DNA of 64,000 nt from Octopus vulgaris (GCA_951406725.2 OX597821.1:44578001-44642000); one strand, 5' to 3'. Shown: positions 14,152 through 27,969, counted from the first letter of the stretch. Notes: generated from the sequence alone by a model not told the origin. Numbers and translations are program-made.

Positions 14152-14662
14152 TCATCATCATCGTTTAACGTCCGCTTTCCATGCTAGCATGGGTTGGATG
14201 ATTTGACTGAGGTCTTGCGAACCAGATGGCTGCACCAGACTCCAATCTGATCAGGCAGAGTTTCTACAGCTGGATGCCCTTCCTAATGCCAACCACTCCG
14301 AGAGTGTAGAAGGTGCTTTTATGTGCCTCCGGCACGAAAGCCTGTCTGTCGGTACTGGCAACGACCACATTCAAATGGTGCTTTTAATGCACCATCTGCA
14401 CAGGAGCCAGTCCAGCGGCACTGGCAACAACCTCGCCCAAATGTTTTTTCACATGCCGCCAGCCCAAATGCCTGTAAGGCGATGCAGGTAACAATCATGC
14501 TCGAATGGTGTTTTTTATGTGCCACCGGCACAGAGGCCAGCTCGTATGGTACTCTTAGCGCTCCACTAGCACGGATGCCAGTCATCAAATTTAATTTCAA
14601 TTTCGATTTCACTTGCCTCAACAGGTCTTCACCAGCAGAGTTTAGTGTCCAATGAAGGAAAG
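14148..14662 (-). mobile_element. RTE 3'UTR-only truncated copy
   Basis: (CAT)n tail then the same UTR modules as 4601-5240; (TA)n on both sides. Confidence 0.88.
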
Positions 14663-14671
14663 GATACTTAC

Positions 14672-14679
14672 ACATATAT

Positions 14680-14724
<45 letters not shown>

Positions 14725-14886
14725 GATATATATATATATATGTGTATATGATATATATATGTATATATATGTATATGATATATATGTATATGATATATAT
14801 ATATATGTATATGATATATGTATATGATATATGTATATGATATATATGATATATATATATGTATATGATATATATATATATGTATA

Positions 14887-14930
<44 letters not shown>

Positions 14931-15599
14931 GATATATATATATATATATATGATATATATATATATATATGTATATGATATATATATATACATGTATATG
15001 ATATATATATATACATGTATATGATATATATATATATGTATATGATATATATATATACATGTATATGATATATATATATACATGTATATGATATATATAT
15101 ATACATGTATATGATATATATATATACATGTATATGATATATATATATATACATGTATATGATATATATATATATACATGTATATGATATATATATATAT
15201 ACATGTATATGATATATATATATATACATGTATATGATATATATATATATACATGTATATGATATATATATATATACATGTATATGATATATATATATAT
15301 ATACATGTATATGATATATATATATATACATGTATATGATATATATATATATACATGTATATGATATATATATATACATGTATATGTTATATATATATAT
15401 ATATATGTATATGTTATATATATATATACATGTATATGTATATATATATATATATATATATGTTATATATATATATACATGTATATGATATATATATATA
15501 TACATGTATATGATATATATATATATATATATGTTATATATATATATATATATATATTATATGTGTATATGTTATAATATATATATATATATATACATG

Positions 15600-15681
<82 letters not shown>

Positions 15682-15749
15682 ATGTTATATATATATATAT
15701 ATACATGTATATGTATATTTATATATATATATATATATATATGTATACA

Positions 15750-15805
<56 letters not shown>

Positions 15806-16013
15806 ATGTATATATATATATATATATATATACATTATATTATATATATATATATATAATATATATATGTATATAAATATATATATATACACATGTATAT
15901 GATTATATATATATATATGATATATATACAGTATATATATATATATATATATAAAATTATATATATTTATATATGTATATATAAAAACAACACACACACA
16001 AAAAAAAAAACAG

Positions 16014-16045
<32 letters not shown>

Positions 16046-16384
16046 CACAATATATATATATATATATACAGTATATATGTATATGATATATATATATATA
16101 CACACACACGATAATATATATATATATATATATAGTATATATGTATATGATATATATATATACATACACACAATATATATATATATATATATATAAGTAT
16201 ATATGTATATGATATATATATATACATACACACACACATATATATATATATATACAGTATATATGTATATGATATATATATATATACACACACACACAAT
16301 ATATATATATATATACAGTATATATATATATACATATATATACATATATATGTATATGATATATATATATATACATACACACAC

Positions 16385-16422
<38 letters not shown>

Positions 16423-16428
16423 TATATT
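14672..16428. repeat. (TA)n-derived minisatellite array
   Basis: ~24-28-bp unit (TA)nCATGTATATGA repeated through ~14980-15510; a longer ACACACAA/(TA)n/CAGTA unit at ~16030-16400. Confidence 0.95.
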
Positions 16429-16846
16429 TCACATATATGCTTTGTGGCATTTCTTCTAGATTTATACTGTGTGTTGAAATATTGCCAATGTCAACTTTGA
16501 ATTTCAACCTTTCAGAGTTGATAAAGTAAGTACCAGTTGAATACTGGGGTCAATATAAGTGTCTATCCTCCTCCCCCAGAGTTATTGCTCTTGTGCCAAA
16601 TTTTGAAATCATTGACATTTCTTGGGCTGATAAGATAACACATCAAATACCAATGGTCAATCGTGTTAAGTAACCCCCTCCCTTCAAAATAGCTGGTCTT
16701 GTGTCTAAATTAAAAACCCTCACTGTTATTAGGTACTATTTGTTATTGTAACTGATGTGTCACAAAAGAGAGTGTTTAGGAATACAAGCAACACATTTCT
16801 GGGTAAGTTTGTCTTAATTGAAGGAATATTTATTTAATTACATTTA

Positions 16847-17068
16847 ACCCTTTTGATACCCACCTACCTGAGGCAGCTCCTAATTCTATGATACAAACTT
16901 TTTTTTAAAGTAATCTCAATTAAAATGTTGCATCAAAATTTCATATTAATTTATGTTTTAGACACCAACTTAATAATGACAATGATATTTTATTCAATGC
17001 TTCGTTATTTTCAAATTTAATTGAAGCAAAGTCTGTACATTTCAATAGAAATATGCTAATGAAAGAAA
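16847..17068. mobile_element. TTAA-flanked piggyBac-like MITE, family 2 (decayed)
   Basis: Starts ttaa-cccttttgatacc; collinear with 43561-43812. Confidence 0.55.
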
Positions 17069-17182
17069 TAATGCCTCATAGTTGTAGCTTTGTTTTGTAT
17101 ACCAGAATCTGAAATGACCTGACAAATTGATGTCCGAGTGTCTCCAGTAGCTTGTATATATATATATATAGTCAGTATGTAT

Positions 17183-17625
17183 TATAATAATGTTTGTCTG
17201 TTGTTGTCGATGATGACCAATGACATCTCATGTGAGAAGATGAGTCACAGTGCATCCAACTGTGGTCAATCAGTCTGATACACACTCAGAAAGTTCTGCT
17301 GCAAGTCAGGCACTGGTGGTCTGCTGGAAATGACGGCAAGGAGTTGGCTCTGGACTTGCACAGCTCATGTTTTCTTTGTACTCCTACGATCCTTATCTGT
17401 TTGTAGGAGGTGGCACCTCTGTTGGTGCAGCCTTGCCAGGCTGTGTGGTCCTGTGCTTGCATTTCCCAGGTGTAGGGGTTGATCTAAAAGCACTTCAATG
17501 AGGCTGTGAGTGTATCTTTGAAGTGCTTTTTCTGCTCACATTGTGCATTTGCCTTCTGCCAGTTCACTATAAAATAATCTTTTGGGTAGATGTATGTCAG
17601 GCATTCAAACAAGGTGGCCTGCTGG
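17183..17625 (-). mobile_element. second RTE-like LINE family, decayed 3' end with C2H2 finger
   Basis: Minus translation GHLV*MPDIHLPKRLFYSELAEGK...QKKHFKDTL...WEMQAQDHTAW, then CLTCSRTF*VCIRLIDHSWMH. Confidence 0.75.
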
Positions 17626-18542
17626 AACACACATTGTACTAACAGCAGTGAGCTATTGTTATTTTTGTTGCTCTTACTTGAAAGATATGTAAAAAAATTT
17701 ACCTGTGTTTTTTTTAAATCCTAGTTTATAACTAGTTTTATTTGTCTGTGATGTTCAAAATCATTGCTAACTTTTACAATCACTTGTTTTGTTAAATGGA
17801 GCAAATCAAACCAAATTTATTTATCAGTACAATTGAAGAAGTGTATGATTTGATGAAAGGTTCTATAATTAGAAAAATAGATTATAATGGTTGTCATGGT
17901 AACTTTTTGGCTCTTCAAAGGTGGTGAATGTATTGGCATATATCTTTATTTCTCAATGGGATTTCATTCACACCACCCACCCTACCTCCTGTATTTTCAT
18001 ATAACCTATTTCTCTGTGGTGAGCCAGAAAGCGTGTCTAAATATCAATATATACAATCCTATATATTATTATCATCATCATCATCATCAACCATATTGGC
18101 CTTCTTTTTAGGCGCAAAACATACTGTCATGTGACACTAATGCACGCAGCAAGAAACATACAAAACATTATAAACTTGTTCATTCTCTACAAGCACTTAC
18201 CAGAAAACATTCAGAGCAGTGATTGTTTGGACATGTTCAGTCAACCGTGTCAGCCTTAACTTACGATGCCAAACATTGTCACTTGATATTAACACATGGA
18301 CGTAGCAGGGAACCTACAAAGATTTCCAAGACCAGTCATGTGACTATCCTCTACCAATCAAATCCTATTCAAAACATATACTAATTTGAGCCATGAACTC
18401 CCTGTAAAAGCAGGGCAAAGTTCAAACACTAGTCAGAAGCAAGACAGCTGCAACTTAAGCCATGTCTTTCTATTTGAACTTTTTGAAAATCAGTGTAAAC
18501 TGTGAAACCAGTTAAAGCTTTAAATATATTAATTTAAAAAAA

Positions 18543-18768
18543 AGCTGGCAGTAACGTTAGCATGTCGGGCGAAATGCTTAACAGTATTTCGTCTGCCGTT
18601 ACGTTGTGAGTTCAAATTCCACGAGGTCGACTTTGCCTTTCATCCTTTCGGGGTCGATAAATTAAGTACCAGTTACGCACTGGGGTTGATATAATCGACT
18701 TAATCCCTTTGTCTGTCCTTGTTTGTCCCCTCTGTGTTTAGCCTCTTGTGGGTAATAAAGAAATATGT
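18543..18768 (+). mobile_element. tRNA-derived SINE family B
   Basis: Very similar to 22505-22733: agctggcag head, gagttcaaattcc B-box, gcctttcatcctttcggggtcgataaattaagtaccag core. Confidence 0.9.
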
Positions 18769-18859
18769 ATTAAGGAAAAATATTTAAACTATTCTCAGTG
18801 CATTTTCAACTTCTATTTTTCCTATATTTCTATCTGTGTGGTATGAAATAACTTTGTTT

Positions 18860-18923
<64 letters not shown>

Positions 18924-19427
18924 CATACATACAAAGGAGGTGGGCTAAATATTTACGTGTACTTGCATGATAGTTTACTGAAGCTCTTTTTCTACATCTC
19001 TGCCTTTTCTTTGGTTAAACATATTTCTCACAGAAGCCCAGAAATGAAAAAATGTTGCTTGTATGACAATAATGCTCATCTGCAATCACTTCATGATGTC
19101 AAGACAATGGTACATGCATGCACGCACACACACACACATACACACACACACATGCATACGCATACAGTTGGCTTCTTTCAATTTCTGTCTACCAAATCTA
19201 TACACAAGGTTTTGGTTGGCCCAAGGCTATTTTAGAAAATACTTGCTTAAGGTGCTGCGCAGTGGAACTTAACCCAAAACCACTAGATTACGAAGCAAAG
19301 TTTCTCAGCCACATTTTGCTTCCCCCCCCCCCCACACACACACACACACGAAATGCAGCAGGTGATTTCAGATTTAAATGAGTCTTTTCCTGAGACTCTT
19401 TTATTCACCCCTGAAGCTTGATGAATA

Positions 19428-19885
19428 TGATAATAATAATTAAGTTATTGTATACACTGCTCAGGTGCACCACAACTTGTCAAAAGTGCATATAAAGCAT
19501 ATGCAGTAATGTCTGGGAAGTGAACAGTGTATGAGTCAGATACATGCTTACGTATGTATGGAGGGGAGAAAATCAGGTGTAGTGTTGGCGAATATCAGGA
19601 AGCACAGAAGTTTTGAAGGATGCAGTGCTCTGACAACTGATGCCGGCAGTTTGTTCCATGCTTCAGCAAAGCTTAGCGTAAAAAGATGTTTCCAAAAGTC
19701 ATGAGAGCTGTGCTGTTTTCTGACTTTGTAAACATGCCCAAGGGTGTTAGACAGGTGGAGTTTGAAAAGGTGCTCAGAGTTACTGTTAGTAAGATGGTTA
19801 ATAATTTTATGGGTGTCTGCCAAGTCAGCTTCCAGACGTCGGAGTTTCAATGTATCCATACCCAGGGAAGTAAGACATTCAGAAT
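19428..19885 (-). mobile_element. CR1-like LINE (different family), 3' fragment
   Basis: LGMDTLKLRRLEADL...SNTLGHVYKV...KHLFTLSFAEAWNKLP; tail ttgtggtgcacctgagcagtgtatacaataa also present at ~46220-46262(+). Confidence 0.8.
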
Positions 19886-20899
19886 GAACATCTTTCTCAT
19901 CAATAATTGTCTGGTGATGAGTTGGCAGAATAGTTGGAGTGCCAGAAAAATTGCTTTGTGGCATTTGTCCTGGTTCTTTATGTTCTGAGTTCAAATCCTG
20001 CCATGATCACTTTGCACCTTTCATCCTTTCTGAGTCAATAAACTAAAGTACCAGTCAAGTACTGGGAGAAGGTATGGTGGGGTCAGTAGCTTCGCCATAT
20101 CCTCTCCTCTTGAAATTGCTGTCTTTGCACCAATATTATCAATAGTTTGTCCCTTTTTTTATCCCTGTTGACACAAGTCTAGGATACAGCATTATTCTGT
20201 ATCATGATCTTTGTACAGAGAATATTATTAATTCATATTGCAATGAATTATATCTTTCTGTTCTTCTCCAAACTTTCAGTATGATATCAGCAAAAATAAA
20301 GATAGAACAGAATATGAATTTTTGTTGTTTATTATGTTTTATTTATTTATTTTTGTAAATTAGAAACAGCTAAATTCAGTATTGCAAAACTTGTATTTAG
20401 TTCAGTGTTTAAAAAGATGTGATTACCATTTCCTTTCAAGGAGTCCTTTGATTTTTTTTTCCATTTATACATTAAAATTCTGAAACAAATTTCAATAATT
20501 TAATGAAAATATTCAATATTCTTACAATAAATAATGCGTTTCAACAAAATCTATTGAAATTAGTTTATTTTATATCATGTTCTTGAAATAAAATATTTCA
20601 TGTTTTCAAAATCATTGAAATGTTATATTGCTATTAGTGACAATTCTTGTATGAAGTGATTCTGAGAGTAATAAAAACAACTCAAGCAGATCATTACAGA
20701 AAACCATGTCAGGAATTGAACTTTGCCTGTTTGTTCTGTCACTAATCCACAATAATCTAAGAGCAAGGAAATATAAATTATTTTAATTCACATTGTTGTT
20801 ATTTAACTTAACTGTTTTACATAAACATGGCCATAGTTGTGGATGATCTGTTTGTGTATAAAAGTATAAATGAGGGAGAGAGAGTAAGAGAATTATAAT

Positions 20900-21112
20900 T
20901 CTTTCTATCAGGAGCACAAGGCCTGAAATTTTGGGGGAAGGAGCAGTCGATTACATCAATCCCAGTACTTCACTGATACTTTTTTTTATCAAGCATGAAA
21001 GAATGAATGGTAAAGTTGACTTCAGCAACATTTGAACTCAGAACATAAAGCCAGAAGAAATGCCACTGAACATTTTGTCTGGCATGATAATGATTTTGCC
21101 AGCTCACTGCCA
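20900..21112 (-). mobile_element. older SINE family B variant
   Basis: Same B-box and core with a different tail. Similar decayed copies at ~16430-16610(+), 19912-20135(+), 32655-32850(+), 37030-37210(-), 38870-39040(-), 40270-40415(-), 41825-42025(-), 44830-45040(-), 51885-52020(+), 52090-52300(-). Confidence 0.75.
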
Positions 21113-21140
21113 TAATAATAATAATAATAATAATAATAAT

Positions 21141-21525
21141 AGGCGCAGGAGTGGCTGTGTGGTAAGTAACTTGTTTACCAACCACGTCTTCTGCTATAGC
21201 CTCGGGCCAACCAAAGCCTTGTGAGTGGATTTGGCAGACGGAAACTGAAAGAAGCCTGTCGTATATATGTATATATATATATATATATGTATTTATGTGT
21301 GTATGTTTGTGTGTCTGTGTCCCCACCCCCGCCTAACATCGCTTGACAACCGATGCTGGTGTGTTTACATCCCCATCACTTAGCGGTTCGGCAAAAGAGA
21401 CTGATAGAATAAGTACTGGGCTTACAAAGAATAAGTCCCGGGGTCGATTTGCTCGACTAGAGGTGGTGCTCCAGCATGGCTGCAGTCAAATGACTGAAAC
21501 AAGTAAAAGAATAAGAGTAAAAGAG
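21141..21525 (+). mobile_element. SINE family A with internal deletion in the head
   Basis: Collinear with the reverse complement of 8481-8891 but lacking the B-box segment; follows an (ATA)n tract. Confidence 0.9.
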
Positions 21526-21939
21526 TATGATAATTTCTAACTGAGGCACAAAAACACAAGAACACACTGTAGATCTTGATATACAAAAAGACAGGATGGT
21601 CATGGAAGGAATGCTGTTGGTCATAGATCTTGATTAGATCTGAATGAAGACTAAACATTAAACCATCCCACCTAGTACCATAAACTGTCCCCGCCTACCA
21701 ATGTCACATATCCCTCCCACCCTCCTACCCACAAAACCCCAGATCCATTCCCCATTCCATCACTGTTAAGGTTTGACTGAATCACAATCAATAAACCAAT
21801 AGAATGTTTATATTTTCTAATGGTGTGGAGAAAGGTGTGGTATCGTAGCCTTGGCAGGTTATGTGGCATAAAACATTGGAAATAACTAGGATCATTTGAG
21901 CAGTTTTATTGTCATTGAATCAATAAATCAATGTTACAG

Positions 21940-22210
21940 TGGTACAGGTGCAATCTCTCAAAGTGAATGGAACACATGGAAGGGGGAAACCTGGGAAGAT
22001 ATAGGACAAAGTACTAAAGGATGACCTCCAGACACAGAACCTCTCATACAAGATGACAAAGGATCAAGATACCTGGCGCCTTGCTGTATTCAAGAAGGCC
22101 TGTCATCCACAGCAGAAGTGTTAAGGCCACATCCCCTGGTGAAGAGGATTGGCATGCATGAGTTGTGTGCCAGTACCATGTAAAAAGCTTTTGTGCCGGT
22201 GCCATGTCTG
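21940..22210 (+). mobile_element. decayed RTE C-terminus/3'UTR fragment
   Basis: GTHGRGKPGKI*DKVLKDDL...MTKDQDTWRLAV corresponds to GRGRPRKTWDEVVKHDL...MTRDR of copy 1. Confidence 0.65.
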
Positions 22211-22504
22211 TTACCATAGTAGACTACAGAAAGATTGTTTTCAAGAAAATGTTATATCGTTTCAGTTCAAATGAAAATAAAAATTGCATGTTGACAGTCG
22301 CAGGGTGTAATACTTATTACCCTGTAAAATTTGATTTGATGGAGCCATTTGAGAATGCATAGAGAACATCAGACAAAGAATTTCATATAGAAAGAGATTG
22401 TGGCTTGGGAAAAAAATTGAGTCCAAATTTAGTTCATGAAGGCCATAGATTAGAGGATCAAAATGATCTCTATTAGTAGTAGTTTGTATGGATGGTATTG
22501 GAAG

Positions 22505-22733
22505 GTGGCGAGCTGGCAGAAACGTTAGCACGCCGGGCGAAATGCTTAGCGGTATTTCGTCTGCGTTACGTTGTGAGTTCAAATTCCGCCGAGGTCGACT
22601 TTGCCTTTCATCCTTTCGGGGTCAATAAATTAAGTACCAGTTACGAACTGGGGTCGATGTAATCGACTTAATACCTATGTCTGTCCTTGTTTGTTCCCTC
22701 TGTGTTTAGCCCCTTGTGGGTAATAAAGAAATA
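22505..22733 (+). mobile_element. young SINE family B with target-site duplication
   Basis: CpG-rich intact copy; direct repeat GGTATTGGAAG at 22494-22504 and 22734-22744. Confidence 0.92.
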
Positions 22734-22755
22734 GGTATTGGAAGTGAGATTTTAA

Positions 22756-22966
22756 TCCTTTAGCATTCGAATTGTTTTATCGAAAGCAATGCTTATTTAT
22801 TCACATTGTTTTGAAATAATCTGGCATTATTTTGTAACTTTGCGAGTTTGTACAAAGTAACTGTTACTTTTTAGAAAGATAATATAGGGTTGGTGTGAGA
22901 GGTCAGATCTGAACATTTTGTACATAAAGCAGGGAGAATATCTTGGCCGGTTTGAATGCTAAAGGG
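22756..22966. mobile_element. TTAA-flanked piggyBac-like MITE, family 1
   Basis: TTAA-tcctttagcattc ... gaatgctaaaggg-TTAA; inverted second copy at 30158-30373. Confidence 0.78.
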
Positions 22967-23239
22967 TTAAAGGTGATGCAGGCATTAATCAGGATTTATT
23001 GCATGATACCCATTCCCTTACAATCCACCCTGTTACCTTTCAACACTATCCCCCATGTCTTTCAATAACCCATATAACTAACCCCTTCCATCTATTCCCT
23101 ACCATACTTCCCCATACACTCCTTTTACCATCACTCACCACCCCACCCACCCCACCTGGAATCATTGCTCACTCTCTCTTTCATTCTCCCTCAGTTATTG
23201 ATGATACTTTAGGTGGTAAGTTACAAGGCAATCATCACT

Positions 23240-23422
23240 AAGTGCCGGTAACCATGGAAACAGCATCCTATACACTCTGTAAAGTGGTTGATTCTAGGAA
23301 GAGCATCCAACTATAGAAACCATACTAAAGTAGACACTGGAGCTTCAGATGTTGCCAAACCATCCAACCTATGATAGCATAAAAGACATACATTAAATGC
23401 TGCTGATGATGATGGTGATGAT
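23240..23422 (+). mobile_element. decayed RTE 3'UTR copy
   Basis: tacactctgtaaagtggttg...aggaagagcatccaactatagaaac ... (GAT)n-like tail; similar piece at ~36780-36950. Confidence 0.65.
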
Positions 23423-24129
23423 ACCAGACCATCATCAGTGAAAGCCTTAAGGATTTAACAGAACTGCAAGTATCTGGTTCAAATAACAAACAAGAGACTC
23501 CGCCACAATTAGACCAAGCAGCAGACATCTTTATCGTCTTAATGAAATGAGTTCCACTTCACAGTGACTCTCAGAAAGCAATCTAAATATTTGAACAAAA
23601 TAGTCAAGCCATGATGTCTTTTTTTTTTTATTTTTGATGATAATAAACATCTATCACACTCAGTAATACCATATTTTATAAATGAATTCCAGACTTGCAC
23701 AAAGGAAATTTTTCTATATATGCCAGGCCATTGTAACCTAACTGTTTTAAATGAGTGCTTATTTCTTTACTTCTTTTTTTTTTTGTTTTGTTTTTTGTCA
23801 ATAATCAAAATAATTTATCTGCATAAAAATTGTGTTTTCCATTCCTTTGATAACAAAATTTCTGTTAGTGAAATAAAAAGAAAAATAAGTGGAACATATT
23901 AACTTTGTTAATCAATGTATTGCTCTGTGTGTGTGTGTGTGTGTGTGTGTGAATATACATATACATATATATTATTTATACAGAATTATGAATTTAGTTT
24001 CATAACAGCCAATTTTTGTTACCAAACACAATACTGCATAAATAATATACCCATTCTAGTAACAATGTGCAAGTGCATCTCTTTTTCTAACTTACAAAAA
24101 CTTTTGGGGGACATGGACACACAAATATA

Positions 24130-24350
24130 TTGTTGTTTTATCAGTTTCTGCTCAAAGCTGTGGCCATGCTGTTTTACTACACTATTATTATTGAGAGCCT
24201 CCTCTGATATGTGGCATTTGGTGAATAGCGAGTTGATGTCGCTACTCTCATTTGTGCCTCCTGTTGTGAGGTAGGTTCATCTGGGAATCTCAACAGGAAG
24301 AGAGATCCAGTTTTGATTTGAAAACACTTACATCCACTTTGTGGATGTAG
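24130..24350 (-). mobile_element. CR1 copy C, decayed 3' end
   Basis: Minus strand VDVSVFKSKLDL..PDEPTSQQEAQMR, then cagcatggccacagctttgagcagaaac tail motif as in copies A and B. Confidence 0.8.
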
Positions 24351-24424
24351 TTTGTTGCATCACAAAGAGTGACCACCATTTTCAAGAAGACCTCATAGTT
24401 GGCAGGCTTGTCAAAATGTTTCGC

Positions 24425-24745
24425 AAATCAAGGAGTTTACGGTTTTAAGGTCTTTGAATGAGGTTGGTCCAGGAACTTTGTGGAGGAGCATCTGGAGACA
24501 GTAGCATTCGAAGTTTTTGGGGTGGACCAACCGTATAAACTCAACCTAGAGCATTACTGTTTTCTATTTGTGGATGCCTTTCAATGGTTACACCAAGCTT
24601 TCTCCTCTTCCACGTCTTAACATCGTTATTCCAGGTGTAATACTTCGGTACATCACAGTAGAAGATTGTCACGGCAAATGCATCACATCTACACAGGTCA
24701 AAGAATGCTGTGAGAGTCATCACTTGTGGCACAAATATTTATCCT
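24425..24745 (-). pseudogene. Helitron RepHel protein fragment
   Basis: TLTAFFDLC...DVPKYYTWN...WKRRK...ALG*VYT then (frameshift) VHPKNFECYCLQMLLHKVPGPTSFKDLKTVN, typical of the region between Helitron Rep and helicase domains. Confidence 0.82.
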
Positions 24746-24790
24746 CTAGCTCTTTTGGGATTCCATGGATCAAAATAAACTCTTTGGCCA

Positions 24791-26515
24791 TAGTTGAGCT
24801 ATGACCCTCTCCATGACCTTCATTACATGATACAACAACCTGATACCTCTGTAATTATTTGTATCTAAAGTGTTACCTTTACCTTTGTAGCAGTTGACTA
24901 TAGTGCTGCTACACCAGTCACTGGGTATGACTCCTTCATGTATCACCTGGTTAATTATATGGGTGACTAAGCTATAGCCGACACTGCCAGATATTATGAG
25001 CATCTCTGCAGTGATTCCTGATGGGCCGGGGGGGGGGGGGCTTTCCTTGTCTCCATACTCTTAATTGCTTTATCTACCAAGGTACTGTCAACTCAGATAG
25101 CTGGTCCCTCTGTTGTGTCGACATTCGGCAGACTCTCTTTATCCCATTCATTTTCTTTATTCAGCAATCTTTCGTAGTGGCATCTCCAAACCTCTCTCTT
25201 TGCAGCCTCATTTAGTGCAAGAGAACCATTATCCATGCGGACACACTTCTCTCCTACAATATCATGATTCTCTCTCATACACTGTCTTGCAACATGAAAT
25301 TCCTCAAGTCTTTGGTCCTCACAGCACAGAACATTGGGAAATTTTTTCTTATCTGCTTCCCTTCTGGCTAAATGAACCTGTTTCCTAGCTTCCCTTCAGG
25401 CAGTCTGATACAATTCTCTGCTACCACCGTTCTTCCAGTCCTTCCAAGCCTGTTTTTTTTCTCTAATAGCCCTGTCAAAAACAGTGTTCCACCACCACAT
25501 TATTTTGGGTCGAGAGGGGACTTTGCACCATCCACAGATCTGGTCAGTGGCCCTCAGCAGGTTGTCCCGTAGAAACTTCCAGTTGTCTTCTACTGTATCC
25601 TCTTCTATTTCTTCAAAGGCTTCGAGTAATATGTCTCTAAATCTCTGTCCATTTGCAGGATTTTTAAGCTTCCAGACCCCTCTCCTCCATGTTGGTCGTC
25701 TTCTGGGCATCCACTTAGCCCTGATCCTGAAGTCACTAACTACTAATCTCTGCTGTGGGGTACATTCTTTGCCTGGAAAGGTTTTGGCATTTATAAGCAG
25801 CCATCTTTTCCTTTTTCTGGCAAGGATGTAGTCAATTTGGCTAGTGTGTCTGCCAAAACAGTAGGTGGCTAGGTGACTGGCAGGTTTCCTGAAGTTAGTA
25901 TTGCAAACCATAAGGTCATTTGCATTGCAGAACTCCAGCAGCCTGGTTCCCTTCTCATTGCGGGAACCAAAACTGTAGCCTCCATGTACGCCATGGAAGC
26001 CCCTTGTATGTTGTCCAACATGTTCATTGAAGTCACCAGCCACAAAGAGAAGGTCCCTGTCATTCGTCAACGAGGTAGTCTGCAAGAGGGTGTCATAGAA
26101 TCGGCCTTTCTGTCCATCGGGTAGCCCTGGCTGAGGGGCATAGGCCAATATAATGGTTGCTAAACCATGATGAAGCACTAATCTAATCTTGAGTATTCTG
26201 TTGCATATTCTGACTACCTCGATTACCTTATCTACCCATTTTTCAGCGAGAAGTATACCCACGCCCCCAACCCTGTCAGTGTTTCCTACCCAGAAAATTT
26301 TGTACCTGTGTTCTTTGCCTGTGAGGAACCTAACGGAACCTCCTCTCCACCTTACTTCTTGGATGCAGCACATATTGACACATCTCAGTTCACATCTCAA
26401 CAATCTCACCAGACCTACCATTCAATGTGCCGATGTTGAGAGTGCCAACCCTGTGGGTGTGGGAGGTATGGCCCTGTGAGACCCTGGGACAAGGGACAGC
26501 AGCTTCATGCACCTG
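24791..26515 (-). mobile_element. RTE LINE copy 2: AP-endonuclease half, RT half missing
   Basis: RVGTLNIGTL, CCIQEVRW, GGVGIL, AYAPQ, VAGDFNEHVG, IDYIL motifs (ORF 25396-26421); 24791-25337 is collinear with 6640-7182 of copy 1. Confidence 0.93.
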
Positions 26516-27530
26516 AAAAGAAAGCTCACATTTGGCAGAATTCATAACAAACAATAGCCTTCAGTTCAACCTGCATACACTATACCATCATATTTTTGCA
26601 CTATGATCACTATCTTATGTAGGAGATAAAGCCTAAGTAGGGGTGGGGATGGTGTAAAGCCTTCAGAAGTGTTCATTGGAGAGACAACCAAAGGATGACA
26701 AAGGATAGGAACTTCCTGTACATGTGGAGGGTGTGGGAGGGCAGGCGTTCTGCGAACTAGCAAATTTAGACGAGAGCATCTTCTGTATACATATTCCTTT
26801 GGAGGAGGTAAAAAAAACAAGAAAATTTGAGTAGGGGAATCCGAGTGCATGCGCTAGTTTATATAGGGTGGTGGTGGTGGTGGTGGTGGAGGAAGTCTTG
26901 GTGAAACTAGTGGTAATCAAAGAGAGACAGGGTGAGGCGAAGAGAGAGAGAGGAGTAGTGGTCAGAACACAAGGGAGAAAAATATTCTTTGGGGATTTGT
27001 GTAGCATAATTTAACGCGACAGCAAATGTTGATAATAATAAAATAGAATTGAGAAATCTGAGAGTTTGCGGTCAGACAATCTAAGACAAAATTAGAGAAA
27101 TGTGTGATAAATTTCAAGAGATGAATGAATGAATGAATGAATGAATATGTTGTGGTTAAGGAAATGCTTGAACTAAGATTATTTTAAGGCAACAACAAGG
27201 AAGACGAAACTATTGAAACTATATTTATATGATGACATGGTACTGAAATAGACTGAATAATGAAAAGAACTAATGTGCCAGCATGGAAAATGAACATTAA
27301 ATGATGATATGTGTGTGTGTGTGTATATATATATATATACATATATATACACACACATACGCACACACATCCAGTTAATTTGAGGTGTTTCATCTACATT
27401 GCTTTCTAGTTGCCTCATTTACTTTAGTCAGAAATGGTGAAGTTCATATTAAATTGTTTTGTAATTGTGGAGAATGTCACATCATGGGAAGGGGATTTAT
27501 TTATTTCTACTGCAAATGCTTCCTCTAGCA

Positions 27531-27887
27531 CACAGTATCCTAACCTTTTCTCTCTCATGGCACCCTTGCCAAGCCTTTCAGAAATCCATGGCACCCCTAT
27601 TAGAAAATCTAATATGAGTTGTTTTTTGGTTCATCTGTGTAAGAAAACTATGTCCCTGGAATTGATAATAAAAAAATTTCTTTATTTCACCTATGTTGAT
27701 ATAATAATTATAAAATAGATGACAATACAAAAATGTAATAGACAACAATACAAAATATAAGATGACAATAATATTTATTGTTAAAATAGTATCAAAATGT
27801 ATTTTTTATTCTAAATGATCAGTCATGATACCACATATGTATGTATATTTCACAGCACCTGTTGATCCCACTGGTTGGGAACCTCTG
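27531..27887. mobile_element. hAT-like MITE (decayed)
   Basis: Ends cacagtatcctaacc / ggttgggaacctctg; imperfect 8-bp TSD ctctagca / ccctacca. Confidence 0.6.
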
Positions 27888-27969
27888 CCCTACCATATTG
27901 ATTGATATACATATATATATATATGTGTGTGTGTGGTTGTGTATGTTTGTGTCTATGTGACCAGTTTGA

